Shown one piece after another: positions 40,163 to 50,086 of a DNA stretch of 64,000 nt. The translations under genes and the position numbers were made by a program. Origin of the DNA: Candidatus Latescibacterota bacterium (GTDB lineage Bacteria; Latescibacterota; UBA2968; UBA8231); contig CBDETK010000013.1 of assembly GCA_965242865.1 (NCBI GenBank), positions 800,001 to 864,000 on the forward strand, in the 5' to 3' direction. A model generated the notes under the pieces. That model saw only the letters and a list, made by a program, of their open reading frames with translations, was not told the DNA's origin and searched no databases. Positions within the stretch are counted from its first letter, which is position 1, and each line of letters opens with the position of its first letter.

Positions 40163-42103
40163 ATGCGGACTGTAAGCATCGGCGCGGTGCGGCTGCGGCG
40201 AGAACAAGCCATCCTCGGGGCGATTTTAAGCGCCGCTCTCGGCGTGCGCCTAGTCTATCTCTATCAAGCGGTTGACACGCCCCTTTTCGACGTCCTCCTG
40301 ATCGACTCCGAGTTCTACGACCGCCGCGCCCGAGCCATTGTCGCGGGCGATTGGCTGGGCGACCAGCCCTTCTTTATGAATCCCCTGTACTCCTATTTTT
40401 TGGCCGCCATTTACGCACTTTTTGAGGCTGAATACTGGTGGGTTGGCTTGGTGCAGGCGGTGCTGGGAACGGGCAGTTGCTATTGGATCTACGCGCTGGG
40501 CCGGAAGCTGTGGCATCCGCAAATTGGCCTGTTGGCCGCTGGCATGGCGGCGATTTACCAGCCTTATGTGTTCTACGACGGGGCTTTGCTGACGGCCGCG
40601 CCGATCACCTTTTTGAATCTCGCCGCGCTGTACTGCTTGGCCCACGCGCAGGGCGCGGCGCGGTGGCTGGGGGTGGCTGGTTTGCTGTTGGGGCTTTCGG
40701 CTACGGCGCGGCCCATGGTCTTGCTGTTTGTCGCCGGGGTCGCCGGCTGGTTTGTCGCGCAGAGGGGGCGGCGCGGTTGGCGGCAGTGGGGCTGGGTCGT
40801 CGCCGGCTGCGGTCTCGTGGTGGGGGCGGTGGCTGGGCGCAACTACCTCGTCGGCGGGGAGTGGCTGCTGACCACGTCCTCAGCCGGCATGAACTTCTAC
40901 GTGGGCAACCATCCCGATGCCAACGGCATCTACGCGCAGGTCGATTTTTTGCCCAGTGCCGAGCCAGACTTGGAACGCGAGGCGTTTGTCCGCGAGGCCG
41001 AGGCGCGCACGGGCCGGGCGTTGACCCCGGCGCAAGCCTCCAGGTTCTGGCTCGGCGCGGGCTTGCGCTTTGTCGCGGAAAATCCCCTCGCATATCTGGC
41101 ACTGCAAGGCCGCAAACTCTACATGTTTTGGAACGGCGTTGAAGCGCAAAACAACCTGAGTCTGTATTTGGCGCGAGACTGGGTGCCCCTGTTGCGCTGG
41201 TGCGTCTTGGGGTGGGGGTTGGTGGCCCCGCTGGCGGTCGCCGGCTGGGCTGCAAGTCGCCGCTCGGGCCTGCTCGACCTGTACTTAGCGAGCTATCTGG
41301 CCGCTTGCCTGCTGTTTTTCACGTCCTCGGAATACCGCCTGCCCGTCGTGCCGGTGCTGCTGCTCTACGCCGCTTGTTGGACGGCCAAGGCCGCGGCTTG
41401 GGCGCTGGGCGGGGCGCGTCGTCGGCTGCTCAAATCGGCTCTGTTGGTGGCCTTAGTCGCGCTGCCGGTCAACTACCAAGACGCCGGGGCCGAGCGGCTG
41501 ACCCGCAAGCGCGTCGATTACTACAATTTCGGCGCGTTGTATCAACGCCGGGGGGATTGGGCGGCGTCCGAGGACATGTTCCGCGCGGCCCTGCGCATTG
41601 ACCCGTCGTTTGCGCCGGCCGCGGCCGGCCTAGCGACCGTGTTGGCGCGCCGAGAAGGCGGCGACCCGGCCATCAGGCGCGGATTAGAGCTATTCGGGGC
41701 GGGGGAGTACGAGGCGGCGATTGCGGCCTTTGGGCGCGCCCGGCCCTCGCCCGGGCTGCACAACAACCTCGGCCTGTGCTATTACCGTCTCGGCCAATGG
41801 AGCGACGCCAGCGCGCATTTCCGCCAAGCCCTCGCCCTCGATGCCGGCTACGCCCGGGCGCATTTCAATCTCGGCTTGGTTCATGCCAAGCAGGGCGCGG
41901 ACCAAGCCGCGGCCGATGCCTTTGCTGCGGCCCTCGCCCTCGCCCCCAATCACGTCCAAGCCCACTACCGGCGCGGGGAAGTGCTGGTGCGGTCGGGGCG
42001 TTTCCGCCAAGCAGAAGCCCACTGGGCGTTTTTGTCCGCGCAAAACCCGGACGACGCGCGCTTGCAGGCGAAAATCGATTCCATGATGCAGGCTAGCCCG
42101 TGA
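40163..42103 (+). CDS. GT-C (PMT/GT39-like) membrane glycosyltransferase with C-terminal TPRs
   Basis: IDSEFYD loop, PLYSYFLA, LSATARP, GMNFYVGNHP, EYRLP; TPR motifs HNNLG and HFNLG. Confidence 0.8.
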   Translation: MRTVSIGAVRLRREQAILGAILSAALGVRLVYLYQAVDTPLFDVLLIDSEFYDRRARAIVAGDWLGDQPFFMNPLYSYFLAAIYALFEAEYWWVGLVQAVLGTGSCYWIYALGRKLWHPQIGLLAAGMAAIYQPYVFYDGALLTAAPITFLNLAALYCLAHAQGAARWLGVAGLLLGLSATARPMVLLFVAGVAGWFVAQRGRRGWRQWGWVVAGCGLVVGAVAGRNYLVGGEWLLTTSSAGMNFYVGNHPDANGIYAQVDFLPSAEPDLEREAFVREAEARTGRALTPAQASRFWLGAGLRFVAENPLAYLALQGRKLYMFWNGVEAQNNLSLYLARDWVPLLRWCVLGWGLVAPLAVAGWAASRRSGLLDLYLASYLAACLLFFTSSEYRLPVVPVLLLYAACWTAKAAAWALGGARRRLLKSALLVALVALPVNYQDAGAERLTRKRVDYYNFGALYQRRGDWAASEDMFRAALRIDPSFAPAAAGLATVLARREGGDPAIRRGLELFGAGEYEAAIAAFGRARPSPGLHNNLGLCYYRLGQWSDASAHFRQALALDAGYARAHFNLGLVHAKQGADQAAADAFAAALALAPNHVQAHYRRGEVLVRSGRFRQAEAHWAFLSAQNPDDARLQAKIDSMMQASP

Positions 42104-44181
42104 AAGCGACCCTCTGCGTGCGCGGTGCCCGGGCCGGCGGTCTGGCCCAGGTCGATATGGACTTGCCCTTGGGCCGGATTATTTGCTTTACCGGCCGCAG
42201 CCACAGCGGTCGCCGCGCCTTGGCCTTAGACATCCTGTACGCCGAGAGCCGCCGGCGCTACGTGCAGGCCCTGTCGCCGGCCGAGCGCGAGGGCGTTGGC
42301 GAAACGGGCCGCGCCGATGTCGATGAGATTTCGGGGTTGCCGCCGACCATTTACTTGGGGGGGCCGCGCCGCGGGCGCACGGTTGGCGACTACTTGCAGC
42401 TAGAGGATGTGTTGGCGCAGATCATGCTCGAAGACGGCCAGCAGCACTGCCTCGAATGCGGCGGTCGCTGCCGCAGCTATGCGGCCGATGAGGTCGAGCG
42501 CGCAGTGGCCTGCGTCCATCCCCAAGCCCGTTGTTTGGTATTGGCTCCTTTGGCCGTACAGAGCGCAGAGATGGGGCAACAGCTCGTGCAGGCCGGGTTT
42601 ACGCGGGTGGCGATTGACGGCCAGATCCAGCGGTTGGCCGGCGATGGGCTGGCGTGGCCGGCCGGCGACCGCGAGGTCCACGTCGTGGTGGACCGCTTGG
42701 TGCCCAACCCAAACGGAAGCGTGCGCTTTTTGGAAGCCGTGCGCACGAGCCGGTCCATTTCCTCGGGGCGGACAGTGGTTTGGATCGATGGAACCCGCGA
42801 GATGATGCACTTGAACCAGTTGCCGACCTGCGACCAGTGCGGCCGCCAGTACGAGCCGCTGGCCGCGGCCGACTTGGGCGCGGCGGTGACCCTGCACGGC
42901 CGCACCATGGCCGAGCTCATGGACGCCCCCTTGGGCCGGTTGCGCGATTGGCTGGCCCAGTACGCCAAAGTAGAGGCTGCGCTCGCCGAGGCCAGCGGCT
43001 TGGGGTTGGGCAACTTACCCTTGAGCCGCCGCCTTGAAGCGCTGGCGACGGGCGAGTGGCAACGCCTGCAACTGGCGGCCTGTCTCAGCAGCGGCCTGAC
43101 CGGCATCCTCTACATTTTTGAGGGCTTGGGCAGCGGGGGGATGCTGGACGCGATCGCGGCGAGTCTCCGGCGCTTGGTCGCGGGCGGCAATACCGCGCTG
43201 GTGTTGGACCACGCGCCCGAACTCGTGGCGGTCGCCGACGAAGTCTGGGCGTTTGCCCAAGGGAACGTGCGGCGGGCGGCGGCTACCGAACTGGAGCGGG
43301 AGCGAGCCGCGCCAAAACGGGTCGCCGCGCAAGCCGCGCTCTCGTTAGCCCTTCGCGGGGATGGTGCGGTCGGGCCGCTGGCCATTGAGCTGCCGCACGG
43401 AAAGTTGACCTGTGTCTGTGGCCCTTCCGGTAGTGGCAAAACCCGCCTGCTACGCGAGGTCTTGCGGCCGCTTTTGCAAGGGCAGCCCGTTCAGTACGCG
43501 GCGGTCGGGGTGCCGAGGAACAGCCGCGTTGTAACGGTGGAGGCCCCCAGCGGCAAGGCCACGGTGTTGGAGGGGTTGGGCCTTTTCGAGCGCGTGGCCG
43601 ACTTGTACGCGGCCGCGCCCGTGGCCGCGGCGCAGGGCTGGTCTCGGGACGCCTTCTTGTTGGACCGGCCAGGGGGGCGTTGTCCGAGCTGCGAAGGCCG
43701 CGGTCAACGCCACTTTGATTTGGGCTTTTTAGACGATATAACGGTCGGGTGCGCCGATTGCGAGGGCCGCCGGTATCGAGACAAAATCTGCGAGGTGACG
43801 TTGCGCGGCGCGAGCATCGCCGATGTGTTGAGCATGACCTTGGAACAGGCGTGCGTCCACTTCGCCCGGCACGACCCAATCTGCAAACGTCTAGCGGCCG
43901 CGGTCGGCTGCGGTCTCGGGTATCGGACGCTGGGGCAGGAGGTGCAGGGGCTGGAGCGGGGGGAATGGCTGCGGCTGCGGTTGGCCTTGGAATCAACGCG
44001 AGCTTCCCAGCGCACTTGGGTGATCCTCGACGACCCGGCCAGCGGCGATCACCCGGAAGACGTGCGGGCGCTGGCCGCAGCCCTGCGGGCGCTGGTCGAT
44101 CGGGGCGTCACGGTCGTCGTCGCCGACCAGCATCCCATGGTGCGGGAAGCGGCGGATTGGGTGGTCAATTTGACGCCCTAA
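42100..44181 (+). CDS. Degenerate, shortened UvrA-like ABC protein
   Basis: VRGAR..., ILYAESRRRYVQALS, VDEISGLPP, VVVDRL, four CxxC pairs, GPSGSGKT, ADWVVNL; ATPase motifs altered. Confidence 0.85.
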   Translation: MKATLCVRGARAGGLAQVDMDLPLGRIICFTGRSHSGRRALALDILYAESRRRYVQALSPAEREGVGETGRADVDEISGLPPTIYLGGPRRGRTVGDYLQLEDVLAQIMLEDGQQHCLECGGRCRSYAADEVERAVACVHPQARCLVLAPLAVQSAEMGQQLVQAGFTRVAIDGQIQRLAGDGLAWPAGDREVHVVVDRLVPNPNGSVRFLEAVRTSRSISSGRTVVWIDGTREMMHLNQLPTCDQCGRQYEPLAAADLGAAVTLHGRTMAELMDAPLGRLRDWLAQYAKVEAALAEASGLGLGNLPLSRRLEALATGEWQRLQLAACLSSGLTGILYIFEGLGSGGMLDAIAASLRRLVAGGNTALVLDHAPELVAVADEVWAFAQGNVRRAAATELERERAAPKRVAAQAALSLALRGDGAVGPLAIELPHGKLTCVCGPSGSGKTRLLREVLRPLLQGQPVQYAAVGVPRNSRVVTVEAPSGKATVLEGLGLFERVADLYAAAPVAAAQGWSRDAFLLDRPGGRCPSCEGRGQRHFDLGFLDDITVGCADCEGRRYRDKICEVTLRGASIADVLSMTLEQACVHFARHDPICKRLAAAVGCGLGYRTLGQEVQGLERGEWLRLRLALESTRASQRTWVILDDPASGDHPEDVRALAAALRALVDRGVTVVVADQHPMVREAADWVVNLTP

Positions 44182-44311
44182 CCGTCGCACCATCGTACCT
44201 TGCTTATCTTGCGGGATGTATGGCTCCTATCTATCTTTCTTTTTCGACTGTAGATGCTCTATAAACGAGGTGAATCATGCGGTATTTAAGCCCCGAGCAA
44301 GGGGCTTTCTA

Positions 44312-44779
44312 ATGCGGGTCGTCCAGAAGTTGCAAGAAGAGGTCATCGGCCATCTGGACTTGGACGGGTACGCGGTGTGCCAGCCGCAGGAGCCCATCGC
44401 CGAAGTCCTCAAGAAAATGCGCCACCAACACGTCAGCGCCGTGCTGGTGGAAGAGGACGGCCGCTTGGTGGGGATCTTTACCGAGCGCGATGCACTCACC
44501 AAGGTGGCGGACCAGCCGGCGACGTGGGCGCGGCCGGTGGCCGAGTTGATGACGCGCGATCCGCACAGCTTGGACGCCCAGCAGCCGATCCGCCGCGCCC
44601 TGCGGCTGATGAACGCGGGCGACTACCGCAACGTGCCGGTTGTCGATGAACAGGGCCGCATCCGGGGCAATTTGCCGCAGCACGAGGTCATCCGCTTTCT
44701 CACCGATCAGTTTCCCGAAGACATCTACAACCTGCCGCCAGACCCCGAGCGCATAGCCCGCACCCGAGAGGGCGCTTGA
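44312..44779 (+). CDS. CBS-pair domain protein
   Basis: LVGIFTERD, LMTRDP, YRNVPVVD. Confidence 0.88.
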   Translation: MRVVQKLQEEVIGHLDLDGYAVCQPQEPIAEVLKKMRHQHVSAVLVEEDGRLVGIFTERDALTKVADQPATWARPVAELMTRDPHSLDAQQPIRRALRLMNAGDYRNVPVVDEQGRIRGNLPQHEVIRFLTDQFPEDIYNLPPDPERIARTREGA

Positions 44780-44833
44780 GCATGCGCTGCACAGCGGGGC
44801 TTTTTTCTTTTTCAGGGTAAGGAGGTCGTGGGC

Positions 44834-46708
44834 ATGGCCGAGATCGACGCCGTATTGGCACCTACGGATAAGCGAGAACACTCGCAAGAAGAGCGCCAAT
44901 CGGTAGTCATTGCATTTTCCGGCGATTCGGGCGATGGAATGCAGCTAACCGGCGGGCAGTTTACCAATACTTCGGCCGTAATGGGCAACGATGTGAGCAC
45001 CTTTCCCGACATTCCCGCCGAAATCCGCGCCCCGGCCGGGACCATCCCCGGGCTGAGCGGCTACCAAGTCAATTTTGCCGCCAACGATCTCTACACGGCC
45101 GGCGACTCGCCCCAAGTGCTGGTCGCGATGAACCCGGCCGCGCTCAAAGCCAATTTGTCCGATCTAGAGCCGGGCGGGACCCTCATCGTCAATACCGATC
45201 CGTTCAACCGCAATGGTCTCCGCAAGGCGGGGTACGAAAAAAATCCGCTCGAAGACGGCAGCCTTCGCGGCTACGACGTGCATCCAGTGCCCCTGACGAC
45301 CCTGACCCGCAATGCCCTCGCCGACATCGAGGGCATGAGCAACCAAGCGAAGGACACCTGCAAGAACGCCTTTGTCTTGGGCTTGGTGTTCTGGATGTTC
45401 GACCGCCCGCTCGACTACACGCTCAAGTTTTACCAGACCAAGTTCGCCGGCCGGCCCGAGGTCGTTGAGGCCAATACGCGGGCCTTGAAAGCGGGCTACT
45501 ACTACGGCGAAACGGCCGAGACCTTTCAGACCCAGATCTCGGTGCCGAAGCGGCAGATCATTGAACGAGGCGTGTACAAGCGGATCACCGGCAATGAGGC
45601 GCTGGTCTTGGGGCTCGTCACGGCCGCGCAAAAGGCCGGCAAACCGCTCTTTTACGGCTCCTATCCCATCACGCCGGCCAGCACCATTCTAGAGGGCTTG
45701 GCCGCGCTGAAAAACTTCGACGTGCGGACCTTTCAGGCCGAGGACGAGATCGCGGCTATGGGGTCGGTGATTGGCGCGGCCTTTGCCGGCAGCCTCGCCG
45801 CGACCGCCAGCAGCGGCCCGGGGATCGCCCTCAAGAGCGAGGCGATCAACTTGGCCGTCGTGATGGAGCTGCCGCTGGTGGTTATTGACGTCCAGCGCGG
45901 CGGCCCCAGCACGGGCTTGCCCACCAAGACCGAGCAGGCCGATTTGCTGGAGGTGCTCTACGGGCGCAACGGCGAAAGCCCGATCCCGGTCGTCGCGCCG
46001 GCCACGCCGGGCGAATGCTTTGATCTGGCCATTGAGGCCTTCCGCTTGGCCGTCCGCTACATGACGCCGGTCTTTCTCTTGTCCGACGGGTACGTGGCCA
46101 ACAACTCCGAGCCGTGGAAAATCCCGGACCCAGATTCCATCGCCGCCATTGAGGCCGCGCCGTACGCCGATCCCGCTGGCTACCAACCGTACATGCGCGA
46201 CCCGCAGACCTTGGCCCGGCCTTGGGTCTTGCCGGGGACGCCGGGCATGGAGCACCGGATCGGCGGCTTGGGCAAGCAGGATGGGACCGGCAATGTGTCC
46301 TACGCGCCCGCAGACCACGAGCGCATCGTCCAGGTCCGGGCCGACAAAATCCGCGGCATTGCTCATTCCCTGCCCGAGCTCGAAGTGAGCGGCCCCGAGC
46401 AAGGGGACCTGCTGGTCTTGGGCTGGGGGGGGACGTATGGCGCCATTCGCGCCGCGGTGGAGCACGTACAGGGCGAGGGCCTCGACGTGGCCTATGCGCA
46501 CCTGCGTTACCTGAATCCGTTTCCCCGCAACCTCGGCCAGGTGCTCGGCCGCTACAAGCAAGTGTTGGTGCCCGAGCTCAACTTGGGCCAACTGGCCCTG
46601 TTGGTGCAGGCGCACTTTCCCGTGCGCGTGATCAAGCTGAACAAGGTCCAAGGATGCCCCTTCCAAATTCGGGAAGTGGCCGACAAAATTCGCCGCGTGT
46701 TGCGCTAA
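44834..46708 (+). CDS. korA: 2-oxoacid:ferredoxin oxidoreductase, alpha (gamma-alpha fusion) subunit
   Basis: GDSGDGMQLTG, YPITPA, QAEDEIAA, QRGGPSTGLPTK, PELNLGQL. Confidence 0.93.
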   Translation: MAEIDAVLAPTDKREHSQEERQSVVIAFSGDSGDGMQLTGGQFTNTSAVMGNDVSTFPDIPAEIRAPAGTIPGLSGYQVNFAANDLYTAGDSPQVLVAMNPAALKANLSDLEPGGTLIVNTDPFNRNGLRKAGYEKNPLEDGSLRGYDVHPVPLTTLTRNALADIEGMSNQAKDTCKNAFVLGLVFWMFDRPLDYTLKFYQTKFAGRPEVVEANTRALKAGYYYGETAETFQTQISVPKRQIIERGVYKRITGNEALVLGLVTAAQKAGKPLFYGSYPITPASTILEGLAALKNFDVRTFQAEDEIAAMGSVIGAAFAGSLAATASSGPGIALKSEAINLAVVMELPLVVIDVQRGGPSTGLPTKTEQADLLEVLYGRNGESPIPVVAPATPGECFDLAIEAFRLAVRYMTPVFLLSDGYVANNSEPWKIPDPDSIAAIEAAPYADPAGYQPYMRDPQTLARPWVLPGTPGMEHRIGGLGKQDGTGNVSYAPADHERIVQVRADKIRGIAHSLPELEVSGPEQGDLLVLGWGGTYGAIRAAVEHVQGEGLDVAYAHLRYLNPFPRNLGQVLGRYKQVLVPELNLGQLALLVQAHFPVRVIKLNKVQGCPFQIREVADKIRRVLR

Positions 46709-46723
46709 AGCAGGGAGAGAGAC

Positions 46724-47743
46724 ATGGCCGAAGCCGTTGTAGAAACGGGGTTGAGTCGCAAGGATTTTGTTTCCGACCAAGAGGTTCGCTGGTGCCCTGG
46801 GTGCGGCGACTACGCGATTTTGGCCCAAATGCAAAAGATGCTGCCCGAGGCGGGGATCCCGCGCGAAAACATCGTATTCGTCTCCGGGATCGGCTGCTCT
46901 AGCCGCTTCCCGTACTACATGAATACGTACGGTATTCACTCGATCCACGGGCGCGCCCCCACCATCGCCACGGGCATCAAAACGGCCAACCCGGATTTGA
47001 GCGTCTGGGTCATCACCGGCGATGGCGACGGGCTGTCGATCGGGGGCAATCACCTCCTGCACAGCCTCCGGCGCAATGTCGATCTGAAGATCATTCTGTT
47101 CAACAACCGGATCTACGGGCTTACCAAAGGCCAGTACTCGCCGACCTCGCTGCTGGGCCACCGCACCCGCTCGACCCCCATGGGCTCGATTGACTATCCG
47201 CTCAACCCGATATCCGTGGCGCTGAGTGCCGAAGCGACCTTTGTCGCCCGCACGCAAGACACCAACACCAAGCACCTGAGCTACGTGCTCAAGCGCGCGG
47301 CCGAACACCGCGGCGCGGCCTTTGTCGAGATCTACCAAAACTGCGTCGTGCTCAACCCCACGGCTTGGGAACACACCACGGATTCGGATGTGCGCGACGA
47401 CAACATCGTATTCCTAGAGGAAGGGCAGCCCCTCGTTTTTGGCAAGGATCGGGACCGGGGCATCCGCATGAACGGCACGGAACCCGAGGTCGTCGCCCTC
47501 GGCGCGGTGGCCCCGGACGAGTTGGTCGTGCATCGCGAAGGGCGCGAAAACGCCAGCTATGCTTACATGCTCAGCCGGATGGAATACCCGTTGCTGCCGC
47601 TGCCCTTTGGCGTGCTGCGCGCCCTAGATCGGCCGACCTACACGGAGTTGTTGTTCGACCAAATCGCCGCGACGACCGAGCAGCGGGGCGCCGGCGACCT
47701 CGCGGCGCTGTTCAACGCCGGCGATACTTGGGTCGTCGAATAG
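46724..47743 (+). CDS. korB: 2-oxoacid:ferredoxin oxidoreductase, beta subunit
   Basis: WCPGCGD, SGIGCSSR, HGRA, GDGD, NNRIYGLTKGQ. Confidence 0.95.
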   Translation: MAEAVVETGLSRKDFVSDQEVRWCPGCGDYAILAQMQKMLPEAGIPRENIVFVSGIGCSSRFPYYMNTYGIHSIHGRAPTIATGIKTANPDLSVWVITGDGDGLSIGGNHLLHSLRRNVDLKIILFNNRIYGLTKGQYSPTSLLGHRTRSTPMGSIDYPLNPISVALSAEATFVARTQDTNTKHLSYVLKRAAEHRGAAFVEIYQNCVVLNPTAWEHTTDSDVRDDNIVFLEEGQPLVFGKDRDRGIRMNGTEPEVVALGAVAPDELVVHREGRENASYAYMLSRMEYPLLPLPFGVLRALDRPTYTELLFDQIAATTEQRGAGDLAALFNAGDTWVVE

Positions 47744-47754
47744 GAGGAAGTTCG

Positions 47755-48273
47755 TTGATTTGCCCTTTGTGTTCCCACGACAACATCCTTGGAGTTGACC
47801 TCTGCGAGGAGTGCGGGCAGAGCCTGAGCGAAGCGTACCAAAATTGGGGGAGCGAGGAGTTCAAGGAAATTTTTACCGAGCCGCTTTCCGCGCTCAATCC
47901 GCAGGAGATGGTCTGCGTGGTGCCTAGTACTTCGCTGGCCGAGGTCATCGCCCTGCTCAAGGAGCGGCATGTCGGTTGCGTGTTGGTGACCGGCGAAGGC
48001 GGGCAGCTTATCGGCATATTTACCGAGCGCGACCTCCTCTACCGAGTGGCGGGCTTGATCCGCAATCTAGACCAGATCGCGGTGGAGAGCCTGATGACGC
48101 CTCGCCCGACCGCGCTCAGAGCCGATGCGGCCGTGCAGCACGCCCTGCATCTGATGAGCATTCACGGCTTTCGCCACGTGCCGCTGTTAGACGACGACGA
48201 CCGGCCGGTTGGCTTGGTCTCGTTTCGGTACATCGTCCGTTTTATCGAAGAGAATTTTTCCTCCGCAGTCTGA
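47755..48273 (+). CDS. Zinc-ribbon plus CBS-pair protein
   Basis: TTG after AGGAGG; CPLC-X10-CEEC; IGIFTERD, FRHVPL. Confidence 0.85.
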   Translation: MICPLCSHDNILGVDLCEECGQSLSEAYQNWGSEEFKEIFTEPLSALNPQEMVCVVPSTSLAEVIALLKERHVGCVLVTGEGGQLIGIFTERDLLYRVAGLIRNLDQIAVESLMTPRPTALRADAAVQHALHLMSIHGFRHVPLLDDDDRPVGLVSFRYIVRFIEENFSSAV

Positions 48274-48305
48274 GGGCGCGCTCCTGTTTGAAAGGCGGTT
48301 GTGCA

Positions 48306-48788
48306 ATGTCATTGAGCCGCACGGCGATCCATTCGCTCCTCGCGTTGGTTCTGTTAAGTCCCCTAGGGGGTAGGGCCGAATTGGACTGGGCCACCCTGAA
48401 TAGCACCCGCGAGGTCACCGAAGCCGAGTGGTTGCAGTTGCAGCTATCTGTACTGGGGTTAAAACTGAGCTATCCGGCCTACCGCATTGATCTAACGCTG
48501 ACCGGCGACTCGGCGATTGAATTTACCTTTGTCGCCAGCAGTGGAATGGCCAAGCATCTGACCGAAGACTTGGGCAAGCGCGAGGCCGAAGAAGTGATTT
48601 CCTACCATGCCCAAGGGATCTGCGACCAAGTAGAAACCTTGATCCGCGACCAGTTCCCAGACTTGTGGTCGGGCTTTGACGCCAGCCAAGATGTTCGCGG
48701 CCAGTTTCTCGGCCCGGGCGAGGAGTGGAACGACCCGCCGCGAGAAATCGGCACTTGGTTGGAAAACAAATTCTCTTGGGGGCGCTGA
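48306..48788 (+). CDS. Secreted hypothetical protein
   Basis: Signal-peptide-like N-terminus (MSLSRTAIHSLLALVLLSPLGGRA); normal coding composition. Confidence 0.7.
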   Translation: MSLSRTAIHSLLALVLLSPLGGRAELDWATLNSTREVTEAEWLQLQLSVLGLKLSYPAYRIDLTLTGDSAIEFTFVASSGMAKHLTEDLGKREAEEVISYHAQGICDQVETLIRDQFPDLWSGFDASQDVRGQFLGPGEEWNDPPREIGTWLENKFSWGR

Positions 48789-48799
48789 CGACTAGTATC

Positions 48800-49036
48800 T
48801 CATTCCGGGTCGCGGTGTGGCATGGTGCCTTGCGTTGATTCGTCGAGGGAGATGGGCTTGTCGATGACCGGCTCTTCGGTGGTCACGATCCAGCCGCGCA
48901 CTCGCCGGCCGAAAATGCTAATCTCCTTGCGCTGGGCGTTGATGACCTTGGACGAAGCCGTGTGCCGCTCTTTGTTAATACAAAAAAAGGTGTGCCGCCG
49001 CGTCATGCCTTTTTCCTGCCCTTCCACGCGTTCCAT
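48800..49036 (-). CDS. Small hypothetical protein
   Basis: Directly downstream of hemE and fills the gap; the start could be the second Met. Confidence 0.45.
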   Translation of the reverse strand: MERVEGQEKGMTRRHTFFCINKERHTASSKVINAQRKEISIFGRRVRGWIVTTEEPVIDKPISLDESTQGTMPHRDPE

Positions 49037-49047
49037 CTAGTGGCTGT

Positions 49048-50082
49048 CTAGTGGCTGTCCCCTGACTGGTGGACCACATCCACCAACAATTTGACCTTTT
49101 CACAAGGCGTGTCTGGATAGACGCCGTGCCCCAAGTTGAAGATGTGGGGGCGGCCCCGGGCCTGCGCTAGAATGCGCTGGGCGGCTGCCGCAATGCTCGC
49201 GTCCGAGCCGTAGAGGGCGCAGGGGTCTAGATTGCCCTGCAAGGGCATGGTATCTCCGAACAACCCATAAGCGGTCGCTAAATCGATCCGCCAATCGAGA
49301 CTGAGGACGTGCGCACCGACCTGGCCAAAGCTCGCTAGGTTTTGCGCCCCGGCCAGCGGAAAGTAGATGATCGGCGCATTCAGGGGGGCGAGGCTGCGGC
49401 AAACTCGCTGGACGTAGGGCAGGGCGAATTCGTTGAATTGCGCCGGCGACAGCAAGCCAATGGACGTGTCGAAGAGCTGGACGACTTGGGCACCGGCCTC
49501 GAGCTGGGCGCGCAAGAAGCGGCCGACGAGGCGGCTGAGCAGGTCGAGGAGCCGGTGGGCGAGGGCGGGGTTGTGGTGGATCATGCGGCGAAAAGCCGGA
49601 AAGTCTTTCGCATGGCTTCCTTCCACCAGCCAAGTCGCCAAGGTAAAAGGCCCCCCGGCATACCCGATGAGCGGGACAGCGGGCGGCAGGGCGGTGCGCG
49701 CGAGCCGGGCGGCTTCCAAGACGTAAGCGAGGTCGGCGGCGGGAACGGGGTTGCGGAGGCCGTCGACGTCCGCGGCCGAGCGGACCGGGCGGGCGAACAC
49801 CGGGCCGGGCGCGTAGGTCAGCTCGCAGCCGAGGGCTTCTAGGGGGGTCACGAGGTCGGTAAAGAGGATGGCCGCATCAACCCCGAGCAACTCGACCGGC
49901 ATGAGGGTAATTTCAGCGGCCAGCTCTGGGGTTTTGAAAAGGGTGAGCAGCGAGCCGTGCCGCTGGCGCAACGCTCGGTAGGGCTTGAGGATGCGGCCGG
50001 CTTGGCGCATGATCCAGATGGGAGGCGTTGCCGGCACTTGGCCCCGACAGGCTTGGAGAAAGGGGGCGGACGGAGCGGACAA
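49048..50082 (-). CDS. hemE: Uroporphyrinogen decarboxylase (start uncertain)
   Basis: PIWIMRQAGR, DAAILFTD, QLFD, LQGNLDP, FNLGHG. Confidence 0.93.
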   Translation of the reverse strand: MSAPSAPFLQACRGQVPATPPIWIMRQAGRILKPYRALRQRHGSLLTLFKTPELAAEITLMPVELLGVDAAILFTDLVTPLEALGCELTYAPGPVFARPVRSAADVDGLRNPVPAADLAYVLEAARLARTALPPAVPLIGYAGGPFTLATWLVEGSHAKDFPAFRRMIHHNPALAHRLLDLLSRLVGRFLRAQLEAGAQVVQLFDTSIGLLSPAQFNEFALPYVQRVCRSLAPLNAPIIYFPLAGAQNLASFGQVGAHVLSLDWRIDLATAYGLFGDTMPLQGNLDPCALYGSDASIAAAAQRILAQARGRPHIFNLGHGVYPDTPCEKVKLLVDVVHQSGDSH

Positions 50083-50086
50083 AGCG

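Noticed and set aside
45689-47374. 561-aa minus-strand ORF (likewise 60005-61282, 53107-54291 and other long shadow ORFs)
   Set aside because: These are antisense or off-frame shadows of well-supported genes, expected in high-GC DNA, and have no recognisable motifs.
49037-49058. 11-bp tandem duplication (CTAGTGGCTGT x2) at the hemE stop as a target-site duplication
   Set aside because: No inserted element lies between the copies; most likely a slippage duplication.
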